Source of the DNA: Octopus sinensis
Lineage: Eukaryota
DNA length: 64,000 nt
Direction of reading: 5' to 3'
NCBI RefSeq assembly: GCF_006345805.1
Contig: NC_042998.1
Span: 45,136,001-45,200,000 of the forward strand
Below the pieces are notes generated by a model. It saw only the letters and a program-made list of their open reading frames with translations. It was not told the DNA's origin and searched no databases. The first letter of the stretch is position 1; each line of letters opens with the position of its first letter. Positions 12,722 through 26,554 of the stretch are shown here, piece after piece. The translations under genes were made by a program, and so were the position numbers.

Positions 12722-14176
12722 GTCTCTGTGCCTTGACATCACATGGTAGTTGTAAGCCAATGTCACCATCATGCAAGTGGTGACTCCTTCATTCCCAATC
12801 TTCCATGAAAACATGCCTGGTTATGGGGAATATTAGCTTGCTTGCTTGGAAACAGATGAGGGTTGGCAACAGCAAAGGCATCTGGCCATTGAAATTTCAT
12901 CTCAACGAATTTCATCTGAACCATGCAAACATAGAAAAGAGGACATTAAGACAATTTGTCACGCCAATTTATGGAGAAAAGTAGATCCCAGAACACATAC
13001 AGATTAGTTGTTTGAGAATGTATTACACGCAACATGATTGGACCTTCAATCCAAATCCCGTGCAATACTCAACCAATCACAACACAGGACTCAACCAATG
13101 TTCAAATCTCCCATGATAGGTAAATCGACCAATCATCATTATCAATAGCAATCACTAATCAAAATTCTCTCAATGAAGAAAAATTAGCATTACTTTTTTA
13201 CGTGTTTCAGTCATTTGACTACAGCCATGCTGGAGCACCACCTTTGTCAAAGAAATCGACTCCAGGACTTATTCTTTGTAAGCCATGTACCTAGGTTATC
13301 AGTTTCTTTTACTGAACCACTAAGTTATGGGGTCATAAACACACCAACACTGGCTGTCAAGGAATGGTGGTGAAGACAAACACAGATACACTTGCACATA
13401 AAATTTACATATATATATATGTGTGTATACAATGGACTTCTTTCAGTTCCCATCTACCAAATCCCACTCACAAGGCTTTGGTCAGCATGTGGATATAGTA
13501 GAAACACTTGCCCAAGGTGCCACACAATGGGACTGAACCCAGAACCATGTGGTTGGGAAGCAAGCTTCTTACCACACTGCCACCATCATATTCTTTTTTG
13601 TTTTATTCTTTTTTGTTTTGTTTTTTTAAATATCAATAAGGCTTGTGATGAATCTAAAAGTTTATAAACACTTCTTGCCTACTTACTTTAATCAATGATT
13701 AATGACTATTTTTTATGTTTAATCATAATTATTCATATCCATTATAGCCTTCTTCAATGAATTTTGACTCTTTACACAAATTACTCTTCAACTTAAGCCA
13801 AAAACATTTCAAATTCAATAATTATCATTCTTTCTCTCAAGGGAAAATACTTAATATTTAAATGTTTTCATTTTATATTATTTTTTGTGGTGAGGAGGGT
13901 GTTTTTGTTTTTCTTTCCTTTTTGATTAAACTATCTTTTATTTTTATTGAGACAATTTTGTCAATGTAATGAAAATTTCTGACAGAATACCCACTTAACA
14001 TTTTTTTTTTCTCATATTTCTTTTGGAACTAAACCAGTTTTATTTGCATTCCAGTTGGAATGCAGCTAAAACACAAAGCATCTTTTTCCATTAATAAAAT
14101 TTATATCCCATTTTAAAAAAGAAAGAAGTATTGATTCACATTTATGGAGCTTATTATATTTTAACTTATATTTCAG

Positions 14177-14224
14177 GGGACAAACTAATGGTTGCCACCG
14201 AAATTGGTTTAATGGTGCTGGAAG
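14177..14224 (+). CDS. GARNL3: GARNL3 exon 5: (G)DKLMVATEIGLMVLE, CNH domain start
   Basis: tttcag / gtatgt, 48 nt, phase 1 to 1. Confidence 0.93.
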
Positions 14225-14275
14225 GTATGTACTAATTTAAGAAGCTTTTTTGTGTGTTTTTTATTGTAATCATTA

Positions 14276-14505
14276 TTAACCCTTTTGTTACCGTATTTAT
14301 TTTGAGATGCTCTGTGTTTCATTCAGTTAATTTTAAATATAACAAAGAATTTAGTAAAGGAACTTAGTTATCATTAAACTAGTGTTGGGAACATAAGTTG
14401 TGACTAAGGTTTGGTGGAAGATTTTAATTTAATACTTATGAAAGTAAGACATTTGTACCACAGAGCCAGAGGCGGTTTTGGCCGGGTTGGTATCAAAAGG
14501 GTTAA
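14276..14505. mobile_element. TTAA-flanked MITE (piggyBac-like ends), family G
   Basis: ttaacccttttgttacc...ggtatcaaaagggttaa; copies at 47578-47807 and partial at about 56070-56290. Confidence 0.85.
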
Positions 14506-14679
14506 ATACAGTACATAAGATGGAAAACAGGCAGAATCATTAGCACGCCAGACAAAATGCTTTGTGGCATTACTTGAAGCTTTATGTTCTGAGCTGACAT
14601 TGAGCACTGGGGTTGGTGTAATCAACTAATCCCCTCCCTAAAAATCTCAGGCTTTGTGCTTATAGAAAGGATTATTAAA

Positions 14680-15405
14680 TACCATAAAAATCCATGTAAT
14701 TTACACATTTTGTTTCTTTTTTTTGCGAAAATGGAAATAAACTTTAGGGGTGCATAAATTACATGAGTAGAATTTTTTTTTGAATTTTTTTGATGATAAA
14801 TTGATTTTTTTTTTTTTTGTTGATAAATTGATTAATAGAAATAAAATTTAGGGGTGCATAAATTACATGAGTAGAATTATTTTTGAATTTTTTTTTGTTG
14901 ATAAATTGATTAATTTTTTTGTTGATAAAAGGCATACAAAACGTAGACATTCATATGGGAAGTTGACTCATTTAGGGTCAGAACAGATTTTTACAGAAAA
15001 AATAAGGGCTTAAATATAATGAAGTTGACTTTTATTTATGCTAGACAGTATAATGCTTACTTTTTCTGTATAAATTTACAAAAACTGTTAAATGGTTAAC
15101 TACTTTTTGAAGTCTGACATTTATGGTGCTAATCACAGTCCAGGCCACATTATTATAAACAACTCAAACACTTTGTAATTTAATAGCTTTTAATGTGACA
15201 CCTGTTAAACAGAAATTATTTTCATTTAATGAAAATTCAACAAAATAAGTGAAATTATGCTAAATACAACTAAATTGAAAACCTTTTCTCCTTGGCTATA
15301 TTGCTAATTCTGAAAACTTTTGGGCATGAATTTTACATGAATAGAAGCTTTTTTTAATCACCTGTGTAAATTACACCTGTGCAAATTACATGGGCGTTTA
15401 TGGTA
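14680..15405. mobile_element. TA-flanked non-autonomous DNA element with an internal ~100-bp tandem duplication
   Basis: TIRs taccataaaaatccatgtaatttacaca / tgtgcaaattacatgggcgtttatggta. Confidence 0.7.
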
Positions 15406-17154
15406 CTATATACGCCAGTGAACTAGACATTCTTCTCTTTTATATCATATATGTCTGTTTTACAGATGAAATATGGAGTGTATGAGTATATGATGAAACA
15501 TATTAAATTTGCTATATCTGCAAAATATGCATTTTTACCATGAAAATGATAAGGCTTGTCTTATGTAAGAATGTATCTCATACACCAGCAAATATTGTAG
15601 TACCTTTTTTTCTGGTGTAATACTTATCTGTAGCCATCAACTAATGGCATTTTACCAATTTATGTTACTGCTTCTTAACCTTTTAACATTCAAGCCTGTC
15701 ATATCCAGCCCAAATATTCTACCTGTTTTATGTTCAAACTAGCAAGATCTAGCCTTTCACACCTACCCTACAATGTGATTTACAAGTAAACAATCATATC
15801 ATTGAAATATCCCAAAGCTCCAAGATAATACATGATTAATTCAAAATAATGTGAATAAATAAAGATTACATTTGATGAAATAATCTGAATACTGAAGGGT
15901 TTAACAAAAATATTATCAATTTATGAAATAAAAAAAATAGAGCAACAAGCTGGCCTTCATGCCGGTGGTACATAAAAAACACCATTCAAGCGTGATTGTT
16001 ACCTGTGTCGCCTTACTGGCACTTGTGCTGGTGACACGTGAAAAAAAACATTCATACAAGGTCATTGCCAGTGCCACTGGACTGGCTCCTGTGCAGGTGG
16101 CACATAAAAAGCACCATTTGAACGTGGCCGTTGCCAGTACTGCTTGACTGGCCCTCGTGCCAGTGGCACATAAAAGTACCCACTACACTCTCGGAGTGGT
16201 TGGCATTAGGAAGGGCATCCAGCTATAGAAACTCTGCCAGATCAGATTGGAGTCTGGTGCAGCCATCTGGTTCGCCAGACCTCAGTGAAATCATCCAACC
16301 CATACTAGGATGGAAAGTGGACGTTAAACAATGATGATGATGATGATGACAGAAATATAGAAAATGTGTCTAATGATACAGAAGTGTACAGTGAATAGAA
16401 GCCTAAAACCAGAGTTTGATTCTTCATTCTAGCAAATTCTCTTTACATCTGTTTCTGGAATTGGCTCAGACATAGCTGTAGATTTGACAGGCAGAAACTG
16501 AAAGATGCCAAGTGTTTATGTTTATTTATACATATGGACATACATATATACTTGATGATGATGATGATGATGATGGCTCTTCAATCTTGACCAAGGAAGA
16601 CCATAACTGACCATTGCCCATACAAAATGCCAGCAATGTCCTAGCATGAGGTTATTGCACCAGCAGCCAACTTCCTTGACGTTCATGTCTGCAGCTTCCA
16701 TGCTTGCAGTGGTGCCCTCCAACTTGATTGGGCTTCAGATAGTCACCTTACCAACGATTGCAAGCCTAAAATTTTAGGTTCAATAAGGTTTACACAGTAC
16801 CTCACAGACCCTCTCCAACCAAATGACATGACCCAGAAACAAGTCAGGGCATGATATTCAGTTCCAATATGGGTCACAGGCTCAGGAATGTGGGAGTGCC
16901 ATGATATCAAGGGCAGGCAAAAGATCCCTAAAATGTTCAATGCCATTTCCTGCATATCTGGTTTTATATCAGAGTGATTTACTCCTAGAGACAAGCTTTA
17001 GCAAAAGCTAAGGGGTGCCTCACTCCAAGCTGTCTTCTAGCATGCTAGACACAACTAGACTGGCAACCCCACTAGGCTTGTCTGGGGAGGAGGGTTCTTA
17101 GAAACCTAGCAGAACTAAAAACAGGACTTGTCAAAAGGACATACATACATACAT

Positions 17155-17209
<55 letters not shown>

Positions 17210-17828
17210 TACATACATACAACTAGCAATAAAACCTGGGGATAAACCAAGAGCAAAACAGTTGAATAATATCTAAAGTTTCAGTTGTGGAGGCATGTGG
17301 ATTAGTGAGTAAGGTGTTGAACTCATGATCATAAGATTGTGGTTTCGATTCCTGGACCAGGCAATATGTTATGTTCTTGAGTAAAACACTTCATTTCACA
17401 TTCCTCCAGTCCACTTAGCTGGCAACAATGAGTAATCTTGCGACAGACCAGCATCCCATCCTGATGAAGAATTTATATGCCATGGAAAGCAGGAAACTGG
17501 CCCTTATGAGTCGACATGACTCAAGAAGCTAACTTTACTATACCTTTATAATCTCTGTTGGCTATGCTTGGGAATATCAGCAAAAAGTCTAATGACAGTT
17601 GCTTCTGATGGAAACCCTATGACTCTCCAAGGAATAGTGGCAGAGAGGATTGATGGATGGAAATTTATCACTATTTCTATATTTTAACAGAAGTAGAATA
17701 TATCTGTCTTTGGAGTTTTTGGGGTTTTTTTTCGTTTTTGCTTTTCTATTTATTATAGATAACAATCTGTTGAACTTGCTATTTCCCAATGAATTAATAA
17801 AGTACATCATTATAATGTATTTTTCCAG

Positions 17829-17927
17829 AGGGAGTTTCACCAAGGCTTGTCCTTGATAAAAGCATCAGTGCAAAACAAATCAACATCATTGAACAACATG
17901 GGCTGCTGTTAATAAGAGCTGACAAAG
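17829..17927 (+). CDS. GARNL3: GARNL3 exon 6: (E)GVSPRLVLDKSISAKQINIIEQHGLLLIRADK
   Basis: ttccag / gttagt, 99 nt, phase 1 to 1. Confidence 0.95.
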
Positions 17928-18077
17928 GTTAGTGATAAATATAATAGATTTATACACGTGTTCTTTGCTATGCCACTGGTGTTTAGGTTTTGACATTACA
18001 TGTGTGTGTGGTGTATGTGTGTGTGCAAGAGCGTGCATGTATGTTGTATACATACACACACACTCAGAGAGAGAGAG

Positions 18078-18122
<45 letters not shown>

Positions 18123-18146
18123 TATACATATACATATATATATATA

Positions 18147-18399
18147 TATTGGGTTGGTGCATAATTATTGTGCCTTTTTCAACAAATTTTATTCAACAAA
18201 AATAATAACAACATGTAACAAAAACATCTTTAAATGATTATTCTGGAGCATATTCACCATCTTACTTCAATTACTGCTTCCCATTTGCTTGGCAGATGGT
18301 CAGACCGTTATTTAAAGATGTTTTTGTTGAATATTGTTATTGTTTTTGTTAAATAAAATTTATAGCAAAAAAGTTGCAATAATTATGCACCAACCCCAA
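18147..18399. mobile_element. Mariner-derived MITE
   Basis: TIR tattgggttggtgcataattattg at both ends; minus strand encodes a mariner C-terminal scrap LPSKWEAVIE..GEYAPE. Confidence 0.85.
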
Positions 18400-18593
18400 A
18401 TTTCTTTTTTATTTTTTTGATAACTGACAAGATGCCGGAGCAGATTTCCACTTGAAACTCATAGGTTTATAATGACAACTGAATAATTGTCACATATCAT
18501 ATTACAAATAAATTCTTCTATTTACATAATATCAAGGTCTCAGTCATTCTTTTGTTGTCATAATCGTTACTATAAATATATACATATATATAT

Positions 18594-19483
18594 ATCAAGA
18601 GTGCAATGGGTAAATTGTCACCATTTTATATTTTTAATTTTGTGCATGCACATTTTTTGTTTATAATTTTGTTGACTACACAGTATAGTAGGATCAGTTG
18701 GGCACTGTCTGTGAGAAAAACAGCACCATGACACAATTCATTCTGTCAGAAATTTGGAAACAACATGCTGTACTGTTTGGCATTCACACCAGAAACTCCA
18801 ATATGAACATTTCAAAGTATTTAGGTATCATTCTGAGGACAGTGCAATATGAGGACATGTACTGAAAGTGATAAAAATCAAACATCCAGTCAACATCATG
18901 GTGTTTAGAGTGATCACTAGTGATGGTGACGGTATACTTCCATTCATCTTCCTATATGGCCTCAGACCCAACACTGAGGCCTACAAGTGCCTGGAGGAGG
19001 TAGTGCTGCCCTGGGTCAAGAGGGTGGCTGCTGGAAGATCCTATGTCTGGCAACAGGACTCTGCACCATGCCACATAAGCAGGAGAACCCAGTCATGGCT
19101 GTCAGACAATTTCTGCAACCACATGACCCCTAACATTTGGCCACCTAACTCCCCAGACTGCAACCCACTTGATTATTATGTGTGGGGCACAGTTGAGTGA
19201 GAGACCAGCAAAACTCCTTTTAGCACCAAAGATGAACTGAAGGCAAGGATTATGGTAGTACACACCGATTTAAACAAAGAGACCACCTAAAAGAGTTGTA
19301 AGAGGTTCCAAAACCGTCTGGAGACTGTGGTTGAAGCCAATGCAATTTTATGGAATAAATTTACTCTTTAGCATTTCAAGATATTTTTATGTAATTTTGA
19401 TAAATATATCTGTTAAAATGTGATGTCAGTGTTCTTTTCAATTTTGCGTAATTTAGACAACAGTTTATTCACCGCACCTTGTA
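18594..19483 (+). mobile_element. Internally deleted DD37D (maT-like) Tc1/mariner transposon
   Basis: ATG at 18728 (N-terminal HTH scrap) joined to WQQDSAPCH...WPPNSPDCNPLDYYVW with 37 aa between the last two Asp; degenerate TIRs. Confidence 0.88.
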
Positions 19484-21375
19484 TATATATATGTGTGTGT
19501 TATTATTCAGTTTCATTTCAAGATTTCTTGCCAATAGAGAAAGAGCCAGTTTCCAACCTAGATCCATGGCTCCTTCATTGCAATTTCAGTAACATCAACA
19601 AAATATTTTTGTATGTATGTATGTATACATGCAGATTTGTATGTTTTGTTTTATTTATATATTCTCATGCATATACTTACAAATCTAGACATACTCATAT
19701 ATACTTAAATAATAAACTTCTGGTAAGTTTTACAAATTTTTACAGTTCCAGTGATGGCTTGGATCTGTAATCTTCAAATCAGCTTTCTCCTTTCTGGTTT
19801 TGAGAAGCTTAATTTCTCAAGATTGGTAATTTAAGCAGAGTGAGTGAGTGTGTGCGCGTGTGTGTGTGTGTATGTGTGTGCATGCGTTTGTGTGTGTGTG
19901 TGTGTGTGTGGTGTGTGTGTGTGTGTGTGCGTTTTCTGTCTGTATTTTTATGCTCATCTTCAGAAATGTGCATAGCTGTAAAAGTATCTGCATACATTGA
20001 AGAGTCAGAATACACTTGTTGTTAAAATTTATGTGCCATAAACTTCTTAAACTTCTACAATACACAAGATACGTTAATTTCTTTTTTTTTTTACAACTCT
20101 TAGTAATATTTGATAATAAAAAATAGAATAGGATTGTTTTTTTATATACATCAAACCGATATGGAAGTCAAGTAAGGCAGTGATCTGGCAGAAATATTAG
20201 CACACCAGACGAAATGCTTAGCAGTATTTAGTCTGCCTTTACGTTCTGAGTTCAAATTCCACTGATGTTAACTTTGCCTTTCATCGTTTTGGAGCTGATA
20301 AATTAAGTACCAGTTGCATACTGGGGTCGATCTAATCGACTGCCCTCCCTCCCCAAAAATTTCAGGCCTTGTGCCCAGAATAGAAAAGGATATGGAGGTC
20401 AAGTAGATTAAAATAGAAACCAAAGGATCTATAGGCAAAAAATGGTTTGAAAGCCATTGATCTTCATTCACATCTTCAATAATCTTGTATCTTTTACTTC
20501 ATTTTAGTCAATAGCTTGCAGCCATGCTGGGACACTGCCCTGAATATTTAGTCAAATGAATCAACCCCAGTACTTCTATTTTTTTAAGAAGTACTTATTC
20601 CATCAGTCTCTTTTGCTGAATGACTAAGTTACAGGGACAACAACGCACCAACACCAGTTGTCAAGCAGTGGTGGGGGACAAACACAGACACAAAGACACA
20701 CATACATAGATATATATATACACAACGGGCTTCTTTCAGTTTCTTATTTCTTTATTACCCACAAGGGGCTAAACATAGAGAGGACAGACAAAGACAGACA
20801 AAGGGATTAAGTCGATTACATCGACCCCAGTGCGTAACTGGTACTTATTTAATCGACCCTGAAAGGATGAATGGCAAAGTCGGCCTCGGTGGAATTTGAA
20901 CTCAGAACGTAATGGCAGACAAAATACGGCTATGCATTTCGCCTGGCGTGCTAACGTTTCTGCCAGCTCGCTTCTTTCAGTTTCTGTCAACCAAATACAC
21001 TCACAAGGCTTTGGTTGGCCCAAGTCTGTTGTAGAAGACACTTACCCTAGGTGCCATGCAGTGGGACTGAACCTAGAAGCAGGTGGTTGGGATGCAAGCT
21101 TCTTACCACACAACCATGCCTGTGCCTATGTGAATTATTTTACTTAACCTTAATAAAGTGATGGAATCATCTTTATCATTTAATCCTTTAGCATTCAAAC
21201 TGACCATATCAGGCCCAAATATTCTACCTGTTCTATGTTGAAACTGACCAGATCAGGCCTCTCACAACTATCCTGCAAAGTCATTCTAAAAGCAAACAAA
21301 TGCATCATTGAAATCTCAAAGCTACAAGATAGTGTATGATTAATTTCAAAGCAATGTGTATAATTTAGCATTATT

Positions 21376-22115
21376 CAGTAACACCTCGATACACAAATTA
21401 ATTTGTTCCCAGAGACCACTCATAAAGTGAAAATTCATTAAGCAGAGCAATAATTTCCCATAGTAGCAATGTTATAAATCGTAATTCATTTCCAGAAAAA
21501 TATCCTACCTATTAAATTTATAATACTCATAAATAAATGGCAATAAATCAACAGTACAATGTAAAGAGTATTTTATGTAAAGTAAAAAGAATGTCAAGAT
21601 CATTTATAACAAAAATATTATTATAATCATTTTCTTCTAAATCACTTTCATTCGTCCTAGACTCACGTGCACCATCACTTGTAGACATGATTGCTGATTT
21701 ACTAGCACTTGTTGATGGACTTGTAGATTTTTTTTTAAAAAAACAAGTCTAGAGTTTTTGTCATATGTAAACAAACATAAGTTTGTTTTTAAAGCATTGA
21801 AATGTATTGTAGAACAAGTAGAAAATTATATTTTTTCAACATATAAATTCTGAACTGTATATATGAAGGATAAAATTCTTTTAAGAGTAGAAAAATTTGT
21901 CGGCAAGGCTGGTTGCTGCTCAAATTTTTCTGCTCTTACATATATCCTTTATATATACTGTTCAGTATTTATGTGTTGAAAAAATATATAAGTCTGGAGT
22001 TGTTTGCTTAGAAGAAGCATTTTATCACTCTCTATAAATTTCTCAGGAACACGTTATGGTAGCAGAAACTTTTGCCCATCGTTCAAAACTTGGATCTTGT
22101 GCTTAAAAATTTTCA
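21376..22115 (-). mobile_element. Tigger/pogo-like remnant
   Basis: End cagtaacacctcgatacacaaattaatttgttcc; minus-strand scraps DPSFERWAKV..EIYRE..KQTT and QKTLDLFFKK. Confidence 0.65.
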
Positions 22116-23062
22116 GCTCACCATACAAAAGTGAGCTGAAAAATAAAACTCATAAACCCAGGGTCTCCTAAACTAGGTCCTTGTAAAGTGTGGTATTAAA
22201 TAAATAAAAAAATAAATGCACCCTTTTTAAAGCCTAGCCAGGCTTATGGGCCCAGTTTCCTGGTTTCAATGGTGTATGTGTTCTCCAGCTGGACGTTACT
22301 CATTTCTGCCAGCTGAGTGGACTGGAGCAACATGAAATGAAGTATTTTGCTCGAGAACACAACGCATCGCCCAGTCCAGGAATTGAAACCACAATCTTAC
22401 GATCATGATACTAACACCCTAACCACTAATCCACGTGCCTCCACAAAGCGTGGTATTACTGTATGTAAATAAATTAGCATTATATTTGACAGACTAATTT
22501 GGATGCTAAAGGGTTAATACCAATTTATCCATACTAGTAAATATTGGTTTGTTTGACAGGATTCAATAGATCTAAGAACTGCATCATGCTCCAATGCTTG
22601 CCTTGGTATGGTTTCTATGGCTGAATGCTCTTTCTAATACCAACTACTTTATATCATATAGATGATGCTTTTTGTGTCACCAACACTAGTGAGGTTGCCT
22701 TTCAGCTTGCAAGACTATGTGCCCCAGTGAAGTTATATGCTAGGAGATGAGGAAAAGTATGGCAAACAATGCCACAGTAGAACAGGTTTCATGCTGTAGG
22801 GTAGCTACATGACTACTTACATTTTAGAAGAGAGGGTGGGAGTGATTGAGCAGAGCTGGAAAGCAGGAAAAATAGTTGTGGTGAGGAGTCAGGGTCAATC
22901 TTCAAGGTACAACACAGGTAGGAATGAGTGGGACAGAGGGGCCAGGAGTGGGTGGATGGAGGTTGCAGGAGAGTGGTGGGTGAGAGATGGGGAATGGGTG
23001 AGGAAGTGGAGGTAAGTAAACACCAACAATACAAGAGTTAGGTGAGGGAGGGAGGAAGTAGG

Positions 23063-23099
<37 letters not shown>

Positions 23100-23110
23100 G
23101 TATATGTATA

Positions 23111-23162
<52 letters not shown>

Positions 23163-23819
23163 TATATATATATATGCATATGTGTGTATATATATGTGTA
23201 TGTATGTGTGTGTGTATGTGTACTTATACGTACATATATATATATATGCATATATGCATGACTATATTCTTTTGCGTGTTTTGTCTTGATTTTGTCAAAT
23301 AGCCAAAAGGCTTTCTGTATAATAAAACGCATCATTTATTATATGTTCATTTTTTCATTACTGTCCTTGCTTTTTTTTATTTTTATATATTTTCTCATTC
23401 ACCTAATAACTTGTCCTTTTTACAGTTCGACCTACAGACATTGTTGTTGTTTTTTTTTCATACCTGTCTCAATTTTTTCTTCGTGCTCCTGCATTTATAA
23501 CCCACCAGCTTCTGTTGTTGACACCACCAAATTGAACAATATTAGAGATAAGGTGTCAAGATTGTAATGATTCTTTTTATCAATAACTGATGAGGAGTGA
23601 AATGAAGAATAGCTGTCTTTTCCTGTTTTGTGTATGTTCCTTCATCATCCTCCCATGCCTCATTTTACTATGTGTGTATGTGTGTGTGTATATATATATA
23701 TATAGTATATACACTCACACACACATTCACACACAAATATGTATATTTGTGGATAAGAAATCAATAAAAGATATCTTGCCATGTTCTTTTTTTAAATGTG
23801 TTTTTGATGTTTTAGAAAC

Positions 23820-23890
<71 letters not shown>

Positions 23891-23919
23891 CATTTATTCA
23901 TACTTTCTTTATATTTTAG

Positions 23920-24033
23920 GAAAAGATGGTAAAGTTTATGTATTTAGGTTAAGTGACTTTGAAGGTGTGGAAAATGAGTTTGTCGTAAAATCTAAATCTG
24001 ACTGCAAGGACAATCGACTTGAAGGTACAAAAG
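23920..24033 (+). CDS. GARNL3: GARNL3 exon 7: (G)KDGKVYVFRLSDFEGVENEFVVKSKSDCKDNRLEGTK
   Basis: ttttag / gtaaat, 114 nt, phase 1 to 1. Confidence 0.95.
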
Positions 24034-24472
24034 GTAAATATCAGGTATTTCATTTGTTCAATATTGCAGCATATAAATAATTAATTAATTTATACATTGA
24101 ATATTTGGAGTGAATGGCATGGCCTAATAGTGAGGCTGTTAAGTTATGGGTTTGATTCTTGGAGCAGGCAGTGCGCTGTATCCTTTATATAAGGTACTTC
24201 ATTTTATGTTGCTCCAGTGTACTCAGCTGAAAATGAGTACCTGTGGTCTCATTCAAGGGGGAGACTTGTACTCTCAGTACAGGTGCTTTGAAAATCTGGA
24301 TAAGCGTAGGAGCGGCTGTGTGGTAAGTAGCTTGCTTATGAACCACATGGTTCCAGGTTCAGTCCCACTGTGCGGCACCTTGGGCAAGTGTCTTCTACTA
24401 TAGCCTCGGGCCGACCAAAGCCTTGTGAGTGGATTTGGTAGACGGAAACTGAAAGAAGCCTGTTGTATATGT

Positions 24473-24512
<40 letters not shown>

Positions 24513-25936
24513 TTATTTGTTAGGGAATAAGAATTCCAGCATCACAGGGGTTCAAATTATTCTCAATAAGTAAATATATTTTTTTTTTATTTAGAGATAG
24601 TAGTCCCCTTCATCCCACCATATAAAAGTATTTTAATTTATTTAATACTTACTACTCCTATCTCGGCTACACGTGTTTCTTGAGGTTCATTTTACGGTTC
24701 TTTAAGCACGCCTTGTTTTACAGGAACCTTTCTTAAAATGTAACGCCAATCATCAGGCCTCTAAATAATTTTATCATAGTTTGATACTAAAAACTATATT
24801 TTAATTTTAAACATATAAGTATGTGTATGTGTAAATACACCTTACTGTGCATGCCATAATTTAATTCAAATAAAAAATAACAAATAAAAATAAAAATAAA
24901 AAATAAAAATACGAATAAAAAATAAAAATTTACAAAAACTATGTTCTCACATAACTTATGTCTATAAACATTCATATAAAATTAATAATATATAGGGATA
25001 ACAAAAAAATAAAATATATAATATATAGGGATAAAAATAAAATAAAGTAAAATATATTCTTGTGATGATGTAAAATGAAGGCAATGGCAAATAAATATAT
25101 TCAAATAAAAATGGAAGCAATGACAAATAAATATTTTCGAATAAAAACTATAGTACGAATGACGAAATGCAAAAAGAAAATTTACAAATGATATGAATGA
25201 TAAAAATTTAAAATTTACAAAGTAAGACAATGTAGTCAATGGTAATTTGTACATATTCTTTTGCATTACCCTTAAGTTATTTTTACTTTGTAAATTTTTC
25301 ATTTTTATCGGAGGAATTTGAACTCAGAACGCAAAGACAGACGAAATACCACTAAGCATTTCGCTCGACATGCTAACATTTCTGCCAGCTCACCACCTTC
25401 TTTTAAATCATTAGTTCTGTTGTTATATAAGCTTCATGTGTAATATTTACTCATTGGACACTGAATCCCTGAACACCCACCGTTTAGCTTGTGTTGGGTT
25501 CTTAGGTTGAAAAACCTAGAAAAATAAAATTTTTATGAAATGCCACAGAGCAGTAGTGGTCCTAAAATCAGATTCTTGAGTTTCAGCCATAAAGCTTAAC
25601 CAGTCCCAAAACCATCTGAAAAGTTCCTAGCTTCGGATGAAATAAAATATAGAAGGATTATTTAATTATGATTTTATTCAACACATTCCCTTCTTAGATT
25701 CACAGACTTATTACAGCAGTCCTTCAGTTTTTACTAAATCTTGTAAAAGATCTCAGAAGGTTTTAGGCCTCCAGCCAGGCTTTTCAAGATGCCCTTAAAA
25801 CCAGGAACTTTTCAGCACTCCCTCATATAATCACAAAAAATTGTGCTGCTCAGCTTAGGCCAGGCAACAGCCATCATCACTGCCTTCAGTTACCTTCACT
25901 AAAAGTTCACCTGTTGAATTTCTCTTGTCAAGACTG

Positions 25937-25994
<58 letters not shown>

Positions 25995-26054
25995 TGTGTG
26001 CGTGCGAGCATGTTTTGATGTCAGTTCAACTTTGTCACTTTTTTACATTTGCAG

Positions 26055-26218
26055 GTTGCCACTTATATGCCATTAGTCGACAATGTGAATATCCTTTACG
26101 GCTAGCAGTTGCAGTCTCCAGGAAAATAGTGCTCTACTCTTGGAAACATCTTGTAACATTTACTAGCTGGTGCCCCAAAATTGAATTCGAGCCTGTTGAT
26201 AGATTTAGTTTTGTTCAG
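26055..26218 (+). CDS. GARNL3: GARNL3 exon 8: (G)CHLYAISRQCEYPLRLAVAVSRKIVLYSWKHLVTFTSWCPKIEFEPVDRFSFVQ
   Basis: ttgcag / gtaata, 164 nt, phase 1 to 0. Confidence 0.95.
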
Positions 26219-26404
26219 GTAATATTTGTTGTTGTTGTTGTTGTTGTTGTTGTAGATAAGGTGATTGGGGCTTGCTCTTATTACTGTAATTATTGATTAT
26301 TATATTGTATTTTATACTTTTAAAAATTTTCCTCTTACAAATTAAAAACTACATTAGAAGCTTTCCATCATGTATTCATTCACTAAATGTGTTTCTGTTT
26401 GTAG

Positions 26405-26554
26405 GAGATACATACTGCTGAAGTCCCCTCCATTCTGACGTTAGTGGATGGTAAAGATGATAACTACATATGTGTTGGTTACAAAAATCAGTTTACTGTG
26501 ATCAATGAAAAGACTGGAGATTGTCATCCACTTTACCATGTTGAAGGCAATAGA
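26405..26554 (+). CDS. GARNL3: GARNL3 exon 9: EIHTAEVPSILTLVDGKDDNYICVGYKNQFTVINEKTGDCHPLYHVEGNR
   Basis: ttgtag / gtaagt, 150 nt, phase 0 to 0. Confidence 0.95.

Noticed and set aside
21661-21760. Apparent minus-strand start exon MSTSDGA followed by gtgagt (nested gene)
   Set aside because: It continues from QKTLDLFFKK and lies next to a Tigger-like terminus; better explained as a pogo transposase C-terminal remnant. No downstream exons found.
24655-24720. Minus-strand GAAA-CACGTG-TA, resembling a hammerhead stem III
   Set aside because: The CUGANGA core and stem II cannot be reconstructed convincingly.
25925-26296. 123-aa ORF as a stand-alone gene
   Set aside because: It is GARNL3 exon 8 with intronic microsatellite flanks read in frame.
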